From: a virus
Lineage: Duplodnaviria > Caudoviricetes
IMG/VR virus record: IMGVR_UViG_3300047576_000104
Coordinates: 1 to 64,000 of that record
Direction: 5' to 3' (one strand)
Length of the DNA stretch: 64,000 bases
Part shown: positions 1-8,942 of the stretch, piece after piece
Layout of the letters: every line of letters begins with the position of its first letter
How positions within the stretch are numbered: the stretch's first letter is position 1
Made by a program: the position numbers and the translations under genes
Notes under the pieces: model-generated
Told to the model about the DNA's origin: nothing
What the model saw: only the letters and a program-made list of their open reading frames with translations
Database searches by the model: none

Positions 1-1876
1 GTGTTCCATGAGGGCGAGGTCACGCAGCTCGGGGAGACGCAGGCCAGGGACCAGATCGGGAACATCATCGTCACCGCTGACGGGTCCGGGGTCCTCTACA
101 CGGCGGCGTCCCAGGGCTCGATAGCGAAATGGCACCAGCGGGAGCGGTGGCTGGCCGCCGGCGGGACGATTACCGGCGCGAGCGCCATCAACGTGGCGGC
201 GGCCGGGCTGCAGCAGCTGGATGACGAGGTGGAGGCCAGGGTCATCCAGATCCCCCCGAATCAGCCGGGCAAGACCGTGTTCGAGGATTTCGGGATCTTC
301 GACTGGATCGGGGTGGAGCGGGGGGACTTCTCCGCCATCGACTCGATGCGGGTGCTGGGGATCACCGTGTCCGTCGACCAGGACGGCGCGGAGACGCACG
401 AGCTGGTCCTGCAGACCTACCGGCAGGCGCAGGTCCAGTGGCTCCAGTACCTGGTGAACAAGCTGGGCGGGCAGACGGCTGCCGCGCTGGGCGGCCTGAC
501 CGCCTCCGGGCTGGCGAACGGGCTGCCGGTGGTGGCGCTCGGCTCCCAGGCGTTCATCGACCCGCCGCCGCTGACCGGCACGGCAGGCGGGTCATCGGGC
601 GGGATCGGCGTCCAGTCTTCGATAGCGGCTTCTCCCGAGGTGGCCACGGGCGGCGGCATTCCCGGGTCTGTCATTTCTAGCGGGTCCGTTCCGCAGGCGG
701 CGCTCGGCTTCGCGATGCCAGCCGGCGGGACAGCGGTTACCTACAGCGCGACCGCGCCGGCATCACCTGCCCTGAATGACGTCTGGTACCAGACATCCGC
801 CACTGGCATCGTGACCGGGATCAGCGTATGGAACGGCACGGAGTGGATCTCAGCTCCGATAGGTGCGACCGCTGTCAGCTTCGCCGCCACGGACATCGGC
901 GGAATCCAGACGTTCATCCAGCCTGCCGCGCCCACGGGCGTGATAGCGGCGAACTCGCTGTGGTTCGACACGGCGCACAGCATGCGGCTGAATGCCTGGT
1001 CTGGCAGCGCGTGGAACCCGTACCAGTTCGGTGCCGGGGCCATCGCCACGGGCAGCCTCACCGCCGCGCAGATCGCGGTCGGGGCGCATCACGGCGCAGC
1101 AGATCGCTGTCGGGACCATCACCGCTGAAGAGCTGATGGCCGGGCTGATTGTCGCCGGGATCGTGGACGCGACTACCATTACCGCCGCTACCTTCGACGG
1201 CGGCACGTACATCGGTAATGACTTCATAATTAATACCGCAGGGGAGTTTTACTATTCCGGTCTGCCTGCTGCCGGTAATATGACTTACTCTATCACTAAC
1301 GCCGCCGGAACGGATCAGTTCGGTAATGCGTACCTGCTGGGCATTACCATGTACTCCGCTAACGGAATCATCGGGCAATACGCTATGCAGCAAGAGGTGG
1401 CGGGAGCGGCAGGAGGTACATATCAGCTTTTCACGGCTGCTACGCAGGCAGGACCCTGGACCGAGTCTACTTTCATTCAGGTATCTTCCAGCGGAATTAC
1501 CCTGGGAGGGGCTGTCTTCTCATTCGGCGGCGGGCCCGGCAATCCTAGTTATATTGCCACCGACAGCTGGAACCCGGTCACTTTCATCAACAGCTGGGCC
1601 AATCAGGCCGCCGGGAACATGCCGCTCCGGTACATCCTCAACACGGACGGCACCGCGAGCCTGCAGGGGATCATCGCAGGAGGGTCGGCGGCCACGGTCT
1701 GCAATAACCTGCCTGCGGCTTACCGCAACATTTCGTACGCGGCGTTCGCACCGATCGTCAGCACCGCGTACGACCCCGGCTTTATCCAGGTGGGAACGGA
1801 CGGGTCGGTCGTCATCCACGCGGCCACGGTCACCGGCAAGGCATGGATCATCGACATAACCTGGTCGTTGTCCTAG
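1..1876 (+). CDS. Minor tail / tail-tip protein, 5'-truncated, one frameshift near 1080-1090
   Basis: ORF 1..1128 ends in GSLTAAQIAVG and ORF 992..1876 continues ITAQQIAVGTITAEELMAGLIVAGIVDATTITA, a run of 10-aa tail-fibre repeats. Also SATAPASPALNDVWY and LWFDT...WSGSAW motifs typical of tail proteins. Confidence 0.7.
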
Positions 1877-1895
1877 CAGGGAGGTATCACCAGTC

Positions 1896-2165
1896 ATGAA
1901 GGACATCATCACTAGCAACGGTTCGGGCAAGATGCATCTCGGCTGGCTTGTGCCGGGAGAGAAGGTCTGCCTGGGCGTCGGGCCGGTCAGCCTGCGGTTC
2001 AGCCGGAAAGAGGCCATCAGCTTGCACAGGATGTTGACAGAGCTGCTGGCAGAGCAGGAACCCCGGGGTAATTGCACGCCCTGCGGCTGCCCGCAGTCTC
2101 ACGAGCCAGCTCCGATACCAGCAGCTCCCGTTCGGTTCTTCTGGGATGACGAGAACGGAACGTGA
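1896..2165 (+). CDS. Hypothetical protein
   Basis: GGAGG RBS upstream; overlaps the start of the next gene. Confidence 0.5.
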   Translation: MKDIITSNGSGKMHLGWLVPGEKVCLGVGPVSLRFSRKEAISLHRMLTELLAEQEPRGNCTPCGCPQSHEPAPIPAAPVRFFWDDENGT

Positions 2166-2593
2166 TGTACCGGATTCTTGTCACCGGATCCCGGGACTGG
2201 GATGACCTGGAGCTGTTTAACTTCGCGCTGAGCGCAGCGGCGGAGCCGCACCTGCCGGACGTGGTTATCGTTCACGGGTTCTGTCAGACAGGTGCTGATC
2301 CTATGGCAGATGAGTGGGCACGCAGCCGTGGCCTGGATCCTGAGAGGCATCCCGCTGGCTGGCATCAGTACGGCCGCAGTGCCGGCCCGCGCCGGAATGC
2401 CGAAATGGTGGCCCTTGGCGCGGATCTGTGCCTGGCGTTCATCAAGAACGGATCACGGGGCGCGACGGGCTGTGCTGCCCTGGCGAAGGCGGCCGGCATC
2501 AGGACTGTTCCGTACCAGGCGAGCTGCCGGTTATGTCAGATCCGCAAGCTCCGTGTCATCTTGGCGTTGTCAGGCGGTATAAAGGAGTCATGA
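2162..2593 (+). CDS. DUF2493 / SLOG-superfamily (YspA-like) protein
   Basis: RILVTGSRDW, IVHG...GAD, WHQYGRSAGPRRNAEMV, AF...SRGAT motifs. Confidence 0.85.
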   Translation: MMYRILVTGSRDWDDLELFNFALSAAAEPHLPDVVIVHGFCQTGADPMADEWARSRGLDPERHPAGWHQYGRSAGPRRNAEMVALGADLCLAFIKNGSRGATGCAALAKAAGIRTVPYQASCRLCQIRKLRVILALSGGIKES

Positions 2594-2620
2594 GATGGTT
2601 ATCCCCCGTGACTGTCTTTA

Positions 2621-2659
2621 GGTCAGGCAGCCTTCCGACCCCCGTTAGGCTGCCTGACC
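2621..2659 (+). terminator. 13-bp perfect inverted repeat (terminator-like hairpin)
   Basis: GGTCAGGCAGCCT (2621-2633) / AGGCTGCCTGACC (2647-2659) in the intergenic gap; no strong U-tract. Confidence 0.55.
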
Positions 2660-2689
2660 GTACTATGTCTGCGATAGGATGGAAGTGCC

Positions 2690-3640
2690 TTGAAGATTCT
2701 TGTCACCGGAGCCGCAGGCTACATCGCCGGCCATCTGATCCGTGAACTCAGTTTCCGGGGGCATAGTGTCAGGACTCAGGACATCGCCCCTGGCCCTGAC
2801 GTGGATAACGTGTTTGACTTGGCCGATTATCGTGAGCGAAGTCGCTGGCTGGAGTTCCACAGCCCGGATATGGTCATTCACCTGGCCGCCCTGTACGGGA
2901 GGGTCTGGGGCGAGAAGAACCTGAGCAGGACCGTTCAGGCTAATACGGGAATGACAGCTGAATTGGCCAGGGATACCGCACGTGCCGGTGCGAGGCTCAT
3001 GTTCATCTCATCGAGCGAGGTGTACGGGAAGACCGCTGATCAGCGCGGTGATGTCCTGACGACCATGCCGTTGCTGCCCCTGAATATGTACGGGCTGTCC
3101 AAGAAGTGGGGTGAGGAGGCGTGCCAGCTGTACGCTCCGGATGGCCTGATGATCACCAGGCTGAACATGCCCTACGGGCCGGCGGCTGTTCTCCCCGATC
3201 CCGGCACCGTTCCGCGCTTCTCGGGCCGGGCAGGGGTACTGGGGTACAACGCGCTGCACACCATGCTGTGGGCGGCGTCTCACAGCATGCCGATCACCGT
3301 GCACAAGGGCACCGCTCGCTGCTTCACGTACGTAGGCGACACCTGCCGTGGCCTGGCCATGATCGCGGAGTCCGGTTACGAGGGCGTGTGGAATGTCAAC
3401 CGGAACGACGATCATGTCATCATGAGCACGCTGGCTGAGTGGTGCAGGGCCCTGGTGCCCGGCTGCGCTTCGGAGATCACCGAGGAAGAGCCTCCCGGGC
3501 AGGTCACCCTGCGGAAGAGGCTGGATAGTGACCGGCTGTGGGAGATGGGCTGGCGTCCGCAGGTGGATCTGGTTGACGGCATGAAAATGACACTTGACTA
3601 CGTGTCCAGGTACGATCGTGATGGACGGTGGCAAGGATGA
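2690..3640 (+). CDS. NAD-dependent NDP-sugar epimerase/dehydratase (extended SDR)
   Basis: ILVTGAAGYIA, HLAA, SSSEVYG, YGLSK (YxxxK), R.FTYVGD. Confidence 0.92.
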   Translation: MKILVTGAAGYIAGHLIRELSFRGHSVRTQDIAPGPDVDNVFDLADYRERSRWLEFHSPDMVIHLAALYGRVWGEKNLSRTVQANTGMTAELARDTARAGARLMFISSSEVYGKTADQRGDVLTTMPLLPLNMYGLSKKWGEEACQLYAPDGLMITRLNMPYGPAAVLPDPGTVPRFSGRAGVLGYNALHTMLWAASHSMPITVHKGTARCFTYVGDTCRGLAMIAESGYEGVWNVNRNDDHVIMSTLAEWCRALVPGCASEITEEEPPGQVTLRKRLDSDRLWEMGWRPQVDLVDGMKMTLDYVSRYDRDGRWQG

Positions 3641-4266
3641 CTCTGATATCGGTTGTCATTCCAACAGTCGCCGGGCGAGAGGATCATTACCAGCGCTGCG
3701 TGGAGGCGTACCTGTCTAGGACTCGCTCATGCAGGCCGGAGATAGTCACGGAGCTGGATCATCCGTCGTGCGGGCTTGCCTGGCAGGCAGGTGCGGAGCG
3801 GGCAAGCGGGGACATCATCCACCTCACCTGTGATGATATCGAGCCGCTGGATGGCTGGGACATCGCCGCCATGGAGGCAGTGGAGAGGCACGTCCTGCCC
3901 GGCCCGCTGGTGCGGCAGGCTGGCTCCCTGGAGCCGCAGTCGTGGGGGCACGAGCTGCCGGACTGGTCTCCCGTCAAGATGTCCACCCTGGCGTTCATGA
4001 CGAGAGATCTCTGGGAGCAGGTGCAGCCCCTGTTCACGGCCCATTATTATACAGATGACTTTATAAGCGAGCGGGCCAAGCACGCTGGCTGGGATATTCA
4101 AGTGGTGCACGGGTACTCGTTCCTGCATCACTGGGCACAGGTTAAGAGAGGTGCCGGCTTTTCCGAATTTGATCGCATGCTGCACGATAAGCCTCTCTTC
4201 GATCAGGCCATGCAGATGGTATCTGCCGGGCAGTGGACAGAGCCGTGGCCCCGGGAGGGCATGTGA
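3637..4266 (+). CDS. Glycosyltransferase, GT-A fold (GT2-like)
   Basis: ISVVIPT, ASGDIIHLTCDDI (DxD-like), YYTDD, HHW motifs. Confidence 0.8.
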   Translation: MTLISVVIPTVAGREDHYQRCVEAYLSRTRSCRPEIVTELDHPSCGLAWQAGAERASGDIIHLTCDDIEPLDGWDIAAMEAVERHVLPGPLVRQAGSLEPQSWGHELPDWSPVKMSTLAFMTRDLWEQVQPLFTAHYYTDDFISERAKHAGWDIQVVHGYSFLHHWAQVKRGAGFSEFDRMLHDKPLFDQAMQMVSAGQWTEPWPREGM

Positions 4267-5027
4267 TATTTGATTGTGTGATGTTCCGCAATGAACTCGA
4301 TATGCTTGAGGCGAGGCTTGACTACTTTGAGCAGTACCCGTATGTCCTGCACGTTCTGGTGGAGGCTCCTGTCACTCATCGGGGCGCACTAAAGCCCCTG
4401 CATTTCTCGGAGAACAAGGAACGGTTCAGGAAGTGGGAGTACCGGCTTCTTCCTCTTGTCTGCGAGAGCATTGTGCCTCCGGGCATTTCTGCCTGGGACC
4501 GGGAGCATATTCAGCGAGACTTCGCTCAGGGGTTCATAAGCCCTCGGACTGGAGATACGGTACTCATCTCCGATGTGGATGAGTTTCCGTCTGAGGAGTT
4601 CATGAACAGCGGCCTGCCTAACGCGCTGACTCCGAGGATCACCCTGAACCAGAAGCTCAATCTTTACGCCGTGGACTGGGAAGTTCCTGTCGAGCATGTG
4701 TGTCAGGTCGCCGTGACCGGTGATGAGCTGGCAGGAACCAGCCTCTCGCAGCTCCGCGATAACCGGCTCAGCTATCCGCGCTTCGACGGTGGTGGCAGGC
4801 ACCTGACCTGGCTGGGAGGCGTTGAGGAGCAGGCATACAAGCTCGCGGTTACCTGTCATGAGGAGATGCGTTCCGACGAGCGTTACCGGATCGCCTCAGG
4901 CGAGTGTTACCGGACAGGCATCCATCACGCGGGCGATTTGCAGCTGAACGCTGTTGATGTGGATGAGACCTGGCCTCGGTACATCCAGGAGCGCAGATGC
5001 CCTGAATCATGGTTCCGGCCGCGATGA
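4263..5027 (+). CDS. Glycosyltransferase family 17-like (MGAT3/GnT-III-type GlcNAc transferase)
   Basis: IFDCVMFRNELDMLEARL, VLVEAPVTHRGALKPL, WDREHIQRD, ISDVDEFP, GGRHLTWLGG...KL...H.E match the GT17 consensus. Confidence 0.85.
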   Translation: MIFDCVMFRNELDMLEARLDYFEQYPYVLHVLVEAPVTHRGALKPLHFSENKERFRKWEYRLLPLVCESIVPPGISAWDREHIQRDFAQGFISPRTGDTVLISDVDEFPSEEFMNSGLPNALTPRITLNQKLNLYAVDWEVPVEHVCQVAVTGDELAGTSLSQLRDNRLSYPRFDGGGRHLTWLGGVEEQAYKLAVTCHEEMRSDERYRIASGECYRTGIHHAGDLQLNAVDVDETWPRYIQERRCPESWFRPR

Positions 5028-5287
5028 GTGAGACGTGCGGTGATTGTGAAGAGCCGATCTGGTGGGAAGACCGGCGTAACGGCTGGGAAAATAAGCATGG
5101 ACAAGCCTGGTGCAAGGGACCGGACGGGACTCGCCCCATCTGGGAGCAGCAGCATGCCCCGAAAGGCAGCTTTCCTGTCCGTGTCCGGAAGCCGGAGGGT
5201 CAGGTCTGCCGCTGCATCGCCGCTAACCGCGAGCACATTCACCGCCTGGAGATCCTTCCGGACGGTGCTGAGCTAAGGGCAAATTAG

Positions 5288-5659
5288 ATGAAGGCGATCA
5301 TTTGCGTCATGGGCGGAGTCCACATCATCTCGCCGGATCCGTCTCCGGTCGTGTGGGTTGTATGTCAGTGTGGCGGTTCGGCGGTTCGGTGGGAAGATCC
5401 GGAGGCCGGCAAGCTTGTCGTGGCGACGCAGGATAAGACCAAGGTCTACGGGCTCGGCCTGAACAATTCTCTTCTCAGGGCGGCGCTGAGTGCCCATGGT
5501 CAGACGTGGGAGGGTTACAGGGCTTGGCATGATACGGCTACGGACGCCCCCGGCTATGTATTTGATAAGTCCCGTGCCGGGTGCTGGGCGGTAGTCTTCG
5601 CTATTGGCTCGACTAGCGACACGCGGTGGGCTTCTGCTGAGGAGAGTCCACTCAAATGA
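5288..5659 (+). CDS. Hypothetical protein (CxC motif)
   Basis: Abuts neighbouring genes. Confidence 0.5.
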   Translation: MKAIICVMGGVHIISPDPSPVVWVVCQCGGSAVRWEDPEAGKLVVATQDKTKVYGLGLNNSLLRAALSAHGQTWEGYRAWHDTATDAPGYVFDKSRAGCWAVVFAIGSTSDTRWASAEESPLK

Positions 5660-6204
5660 AGCCTGACGGCGCTGTTCGCCTTTATAGGATTCCCATGACG
5701 TTCCGGCAGGGCGCGGCCTGGGTGGGCCAGTGGCACCGGCATAACAAGCCGCCGCGAGGCTGTAAGTTCGTGGTTGGGGCAACTGATGCCGAGGGTACTA
5801 TTCACGGGGTGGCTATGGCTGGCAGGCCCATAGCCCGGTCGTGTGATGATGGTCTGACACTTGAGGTCTACCGATCTGTGACGCTGGACGACGGGCCGCC
5901 AAATGTCAATAGTTTCCTGTATGGCGCGTGCTGGGCAATAGGCCGTGAGATGGGGTACCTGCGGTGTATTACCATGACACAGGGCGACGAGCCTGGGACG
6001 TCATTGATAGCCGCCGGATATCGCTTGGTGGGTGAGCGTAAGGCACGGGGGAGCTGGATGGATTCTACTTCTGATGATCGGCTGCGCAAGATGCGTGATC
6101 CGGTAGGTAACGGCGGTGTACCACGTAAGGCGTGGGATGCGCTTCGTGACTCAGACGGAGTAGGGCCGATTCTTGCAGTCCAGTCTCTGCGAGTTAAGCC
6201 ATGA
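5656..6204 (+). CDS. XF1762-family (Mom-like/GNAT-related) protein
   Basis: PMTFRQGAAWVGQWHRHNKPPRGCKF, GVAMAGRPIAR..DDGLTLEV.R, SFLYGA, E.GTSL.AAG. Confidence 0.75.
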   Translation: MKPDGAVRLYRIPMTFRQGAAWVGQWHRHNKPPRGCKFVVGATDAEGTIHGVAMAGRPIARSCDDGLTLEVYRSVTLDDGPPNVNSFLYGACWAIGREMGYLRCITMTQGDEPGTSLIAAGYRLVGERKARGSWMDSTSDDRLRKMRDPVGNGGVPRKAWDALRDSDGVGPILAVQSLRVKP

Positions 6205-6955
6205 ACCAGATCATCACGTTCACTGCTTATAACCGGCCTCACTATATGAACCAAGTGCTGGAAAGCTGGTCTCATGTACGCGATGTCAGCGAGGCGCACT
6301 TTGATTTTCATGTTGAGCCCGGGTGCCGGGAGATGGAGACAGTTTGCAGCTATGCTCCTCGCACTGGCTCGTCTGTGCATGTCAACGGAAGCCGCCTGGG
6401 CGTGCAGCGGAACCCGTTCGCAGCGATCAACTGCGCGTTTGACCGCTATCTGCGAGAGAGTCACGTTCGAGAATCCAGGAAGACTTCGTGATCCTGGCGG
6501 AGGACGATTTCGTCGTGAGTACTGACATCCTGGAGTGGTTCTCCTGGGTCCGGCAGGAGTTCTATGAGGATCAGCGTGTCTTGTGCGTGTCGGCCAGCCA
6601 GCACGAGAAGCAAGGAGACCTGGCAGACTCCTTGTTCCTCCCGTGGTTCCCCGGCTGGGTGTGGGGCACCTGGCGGGACCGGTGGCAGAACCTGATCGCT
6701 CCGGACTGGACGTTCGATTACGAGCACCGGGGCTGGGACTGGCGGCTCACCGACTACTGGTGCAAGGAGAAGGGCATGGTGTGCGTTGCGCCGGCCGTGT
6801 CCCGGACTCAGCACATCGGGGAGCACGGCGGCGTGCACACGATCCCGGGCCAGTGGTTCCTCGATCAGCAGTCACGGTGCTTCGAGCCTGAGATCCCGCC
6901 GCAGCAGTACCGGCGTCCGGACGGTGTGTCGGACATTCCCAACCCGCGAGGCTAG
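6201..6955 (+). CDS. Glycosyltransferase family 13-like (GnT-I/POMGNT1-type), frameshifted near 6460-6485
   Basis: TAYNRPHY in ORF 6201, then FVILAEDDFVVSTDILEWF, VLCVSA, PWFPGWVWGTWRDRW, WDW, C.APAVSRTQHIG in ORF 6488 follow the order of GT13 motifs (EDD, CVSAW, FFPGLGW, WDDW, P.ISRT..FG). Confidence 0.7.
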
Positions 6956-6969
6956 CGGTATTACAGGTC

Positions 6970-7386
6970 ATGAAGAAGCTATCTAGTGTTCTGATTCTTA
7001 CTGTCACGCTTGCGGCGGGTATCACAGGTTGCCAGCCGCCCGTGATCATCACGTCTCCGCAGAAGATCATCCCGTCATGCCATTTCGTGGAGTTCCCGTG
7101 GAGCGCTGGCTATATTGCCGTTCAGGAGAATAGCCAGCACCGTATTCAGTGGGGGGTTGTCATGACGCCGATGACGCTCTCCATTGGCGATTGGACTATC
7201 CTGGTATCCCTGAACGGCGTGGAGATTGACTCCAAGGAAAAGACTTACGCGACACCGTATGTTCCGCATGCCAGTTATTACAAGAACTTCCCTGTTCCGT
7301 CAGGCGAGGTGTTCTCAGTGACCGCTGAGGTAATCAGCGGCGGGATAGCTTACGCCAGCGTTCCCAATGCCTGCAAGACGATGTGA
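6970..7386 (+). CDS. Predicted lipoprotein
   Basis: MKK + hydrophobic stretch + lipobox-like ITG|C. Confidence 0.6.
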   Translation: MKKLSSVLILTVTLAAGITGCQPPVIITSPQKIIPSCHFVEFPWSAGYIAVQENSQHRIQWGVVMTPMTLSIGDWTILVSLNGVEIDSKEKTYATPYVPHASYYKNFPVPSGEVFSVTAEVISGGIAYASVPNACKTM

Positions 7387-7819
7387 GGATGAGATCGTGA
7401 CTCCTGAGACCATGGAGAGTTTCACCCGGCTGCTGGCCACCAGGCTCTCCGTAATCGTCCCGTCCGGGTTCCCCTTCGAGGTCCGGGACGGAACGCTGCA
7501 CGGTTCCCGTGACCGGTGGTGGGGCGGAGTGTCCTTCGACATGCAGCGCCTGTGGCGTATGTTCGGTCCGCAGTTCCCAGGGGCTCCGGCCTGGTATGCG
7601 GGCGGTTACGAGGAGAGGCTAGTCCTGCTGACGGACTATGTTCTGGATGGCGTGCAGGATGGCGTCAGCGAGGCGACCGGGGACGCGTGGCCTGGCACAA
7701 CTGAGCATCCGCCGTCGTACGCTGAGGTCCGTGACGGCATCCTGCACTTTGGTTACGGCGACCCTGCCGCTCCTGTGCTGGAGTGCGAGCCTATCCTGCT
7801 GTCTGATCTGGTGAGCTAG
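7367..7819 (+). CDS. Hypothetical protein
   Basis: ORF with phage-typical codon usage; true start probably near 7397-7413. Confidence 0.5.
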   Translation: MPARRCEDEIVTPETMESFTRLLATRLSVIVPSGFPFEVRDGTLHGSRDRWWGGVSFDMQRLWRMFGPQFPGAPAWYAGGYEERLVLLTDYVLDGVQDGVSEATGDAWPGTTEHPPSYAEVRDGILHFGYGDPAAPVLECEPILLSDLVS

Positions 7820-8004
7820 CGGTTGTGTGTCTCGGTTGCTGTTCCTGAGTCTGAGTCTTCTACGTACTTAGCATGCGGCAAACCAGACACCAGGGCGGCA
7901 GGCACGCCGTGGTATGTGATGACTGAGGTTTTGCCTTCTATTGCGGCTTGGATGATCTCTCCGAGCTTGGCACGGGCTTCTTCGGTGCTGTAGTAGATTG
8001 TCAC
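7816..8004 (-). CDS. Phd/YefM-family antitoxin-like protein (orphan)
   Basis: STEEARAKLGEII.AA..G...VIT.HG.PAA.LV is the Phd/YefM N-terminal consensus. Confidence 0.8.
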   Translation of the reverse strand: MTIYYSTEEARAKLGEIIQAAIEGKTSVITYHGVPAALVSGLPHAKYVEDSDSGTATETHNR

Positions 8005-8040
8005 TCCTTCAGGTTACCGCTAGGAGCCGCTGGACGACAC

Positions 8041-8048
8041 CCCGATAG
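8041..8048 (+). promoter_or_regulatory. Putative sigma-28-type -10 element (CCCGATAG), representative of a recurring CGAT[A/T] motif
   Basis: Similar motifs at 2671, 8879, 10545, 13289, 59587 and 62497, each upstream of a late-type gene. Confidence 0.4.
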
Positions 8049-8084
8049 GGATAGTCAGTAAATCCCGGTACTTCGGAGGCAATC

Positions 8085-8864
8085 GTGCCGCTCAGCAAGG
8101 ACGACGTACGCTACATTCAGCAGGCGTACCAGGCTGGCCTGGTTAAGGGCCGGGGGCAGCTCGACAAGGCTCTTGAAGGCGTGACAGGTTACTCCATCGC
8201 ACACGTTGACAAGTACAGCCCGGAGCAGACGGCGTATGCGGCGAGCAGGTTCCGTGAGGAGCAGGCATGGCGGCGCGGGCCGAGGATCAATGCGGCGGCC
8301 ATGATCCGCCGCATACGCAGCGGCCCTCTTGTGCTGTCGGGCATGGAGTTCGAGCGGTACTTCCCCGGTGGCCCGGAAGAGGGTGAGGAGACCAATACCG
8401 GAAATATCTGGGTCGCGCAGGGCCTGACGAACGTCATCTCGCTGTGGATGGGATTGACGGGTACGGCGATCAACCATCTTTCACAGACCGGTGCGACTCC
8501 TGTCTGCGGCGTCGGCACAGGTACAGCAGCAGCGACCGTTGCTGATACGACCCTGATCAGCAACGGCGGTTCTGCGTACTACCAGGCGTTCGATGCCGCG
8601 ACACTGGGTACCACGGCCACTGCCGGTGTCATCATTGGCACGTCCACGTTCGCTTCTGCGGTGGCGAACTTTGCCTGGAATGAATGGTGCTGGGCCACCG
8701 GTACTGGCCTGGTGACGCCAGGCAGCTTCCTGGGCACGGCTGCTGGCTCGCCGTTCGCCACAGCCAGCAGCGCCGCCATGAACAACCACAAGACGAACGC
8801 GGCGCTCGGATCGAAGGCGTCCGGAAGTTCTTGGGTCTTCAGCACTCAGTTTCAAGCCCAGTAG
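8085..8864 (+). CDS. Virion structural (tail/baseplate-associated) protein
   Basis: N.WV.QG...GVGTGTAAATVADTTL...STFASAVANFAWNEW motif common in phage tail proteins; GGAGG RBS. Confidence 0.65.
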   Translation: MPLSKDDVRYIQQAYQAGLVKGRGQLDKALEGVTGYSIAHVDKYSPEQTAYAASRFREEQAWRRGPRINAAAMIRRIRSGPLVLSGMEFERYFPGGPEEGEETNTGNIWVAQGLTNVISLWMGLTGTAINHLSQTGATPVCGVGTGTAAATVADTTLISNGGSAYYQAFDAATLGTTATAGVIIGTSTFASAVANFAWNEWCWATGTGLVTPGSFLGTAAGSPFATASSAAMNNHKTNAALGSKASGSSWVFSTQFQAQ

Positions 8865-8942
8865 GCTAGGCAGCAGCACCGATAATTCTTCTCGGAACCC
8901 TGGAGCTGCGGACGTGCAGCCTGCCGAGAGGTCAAGCATGCT

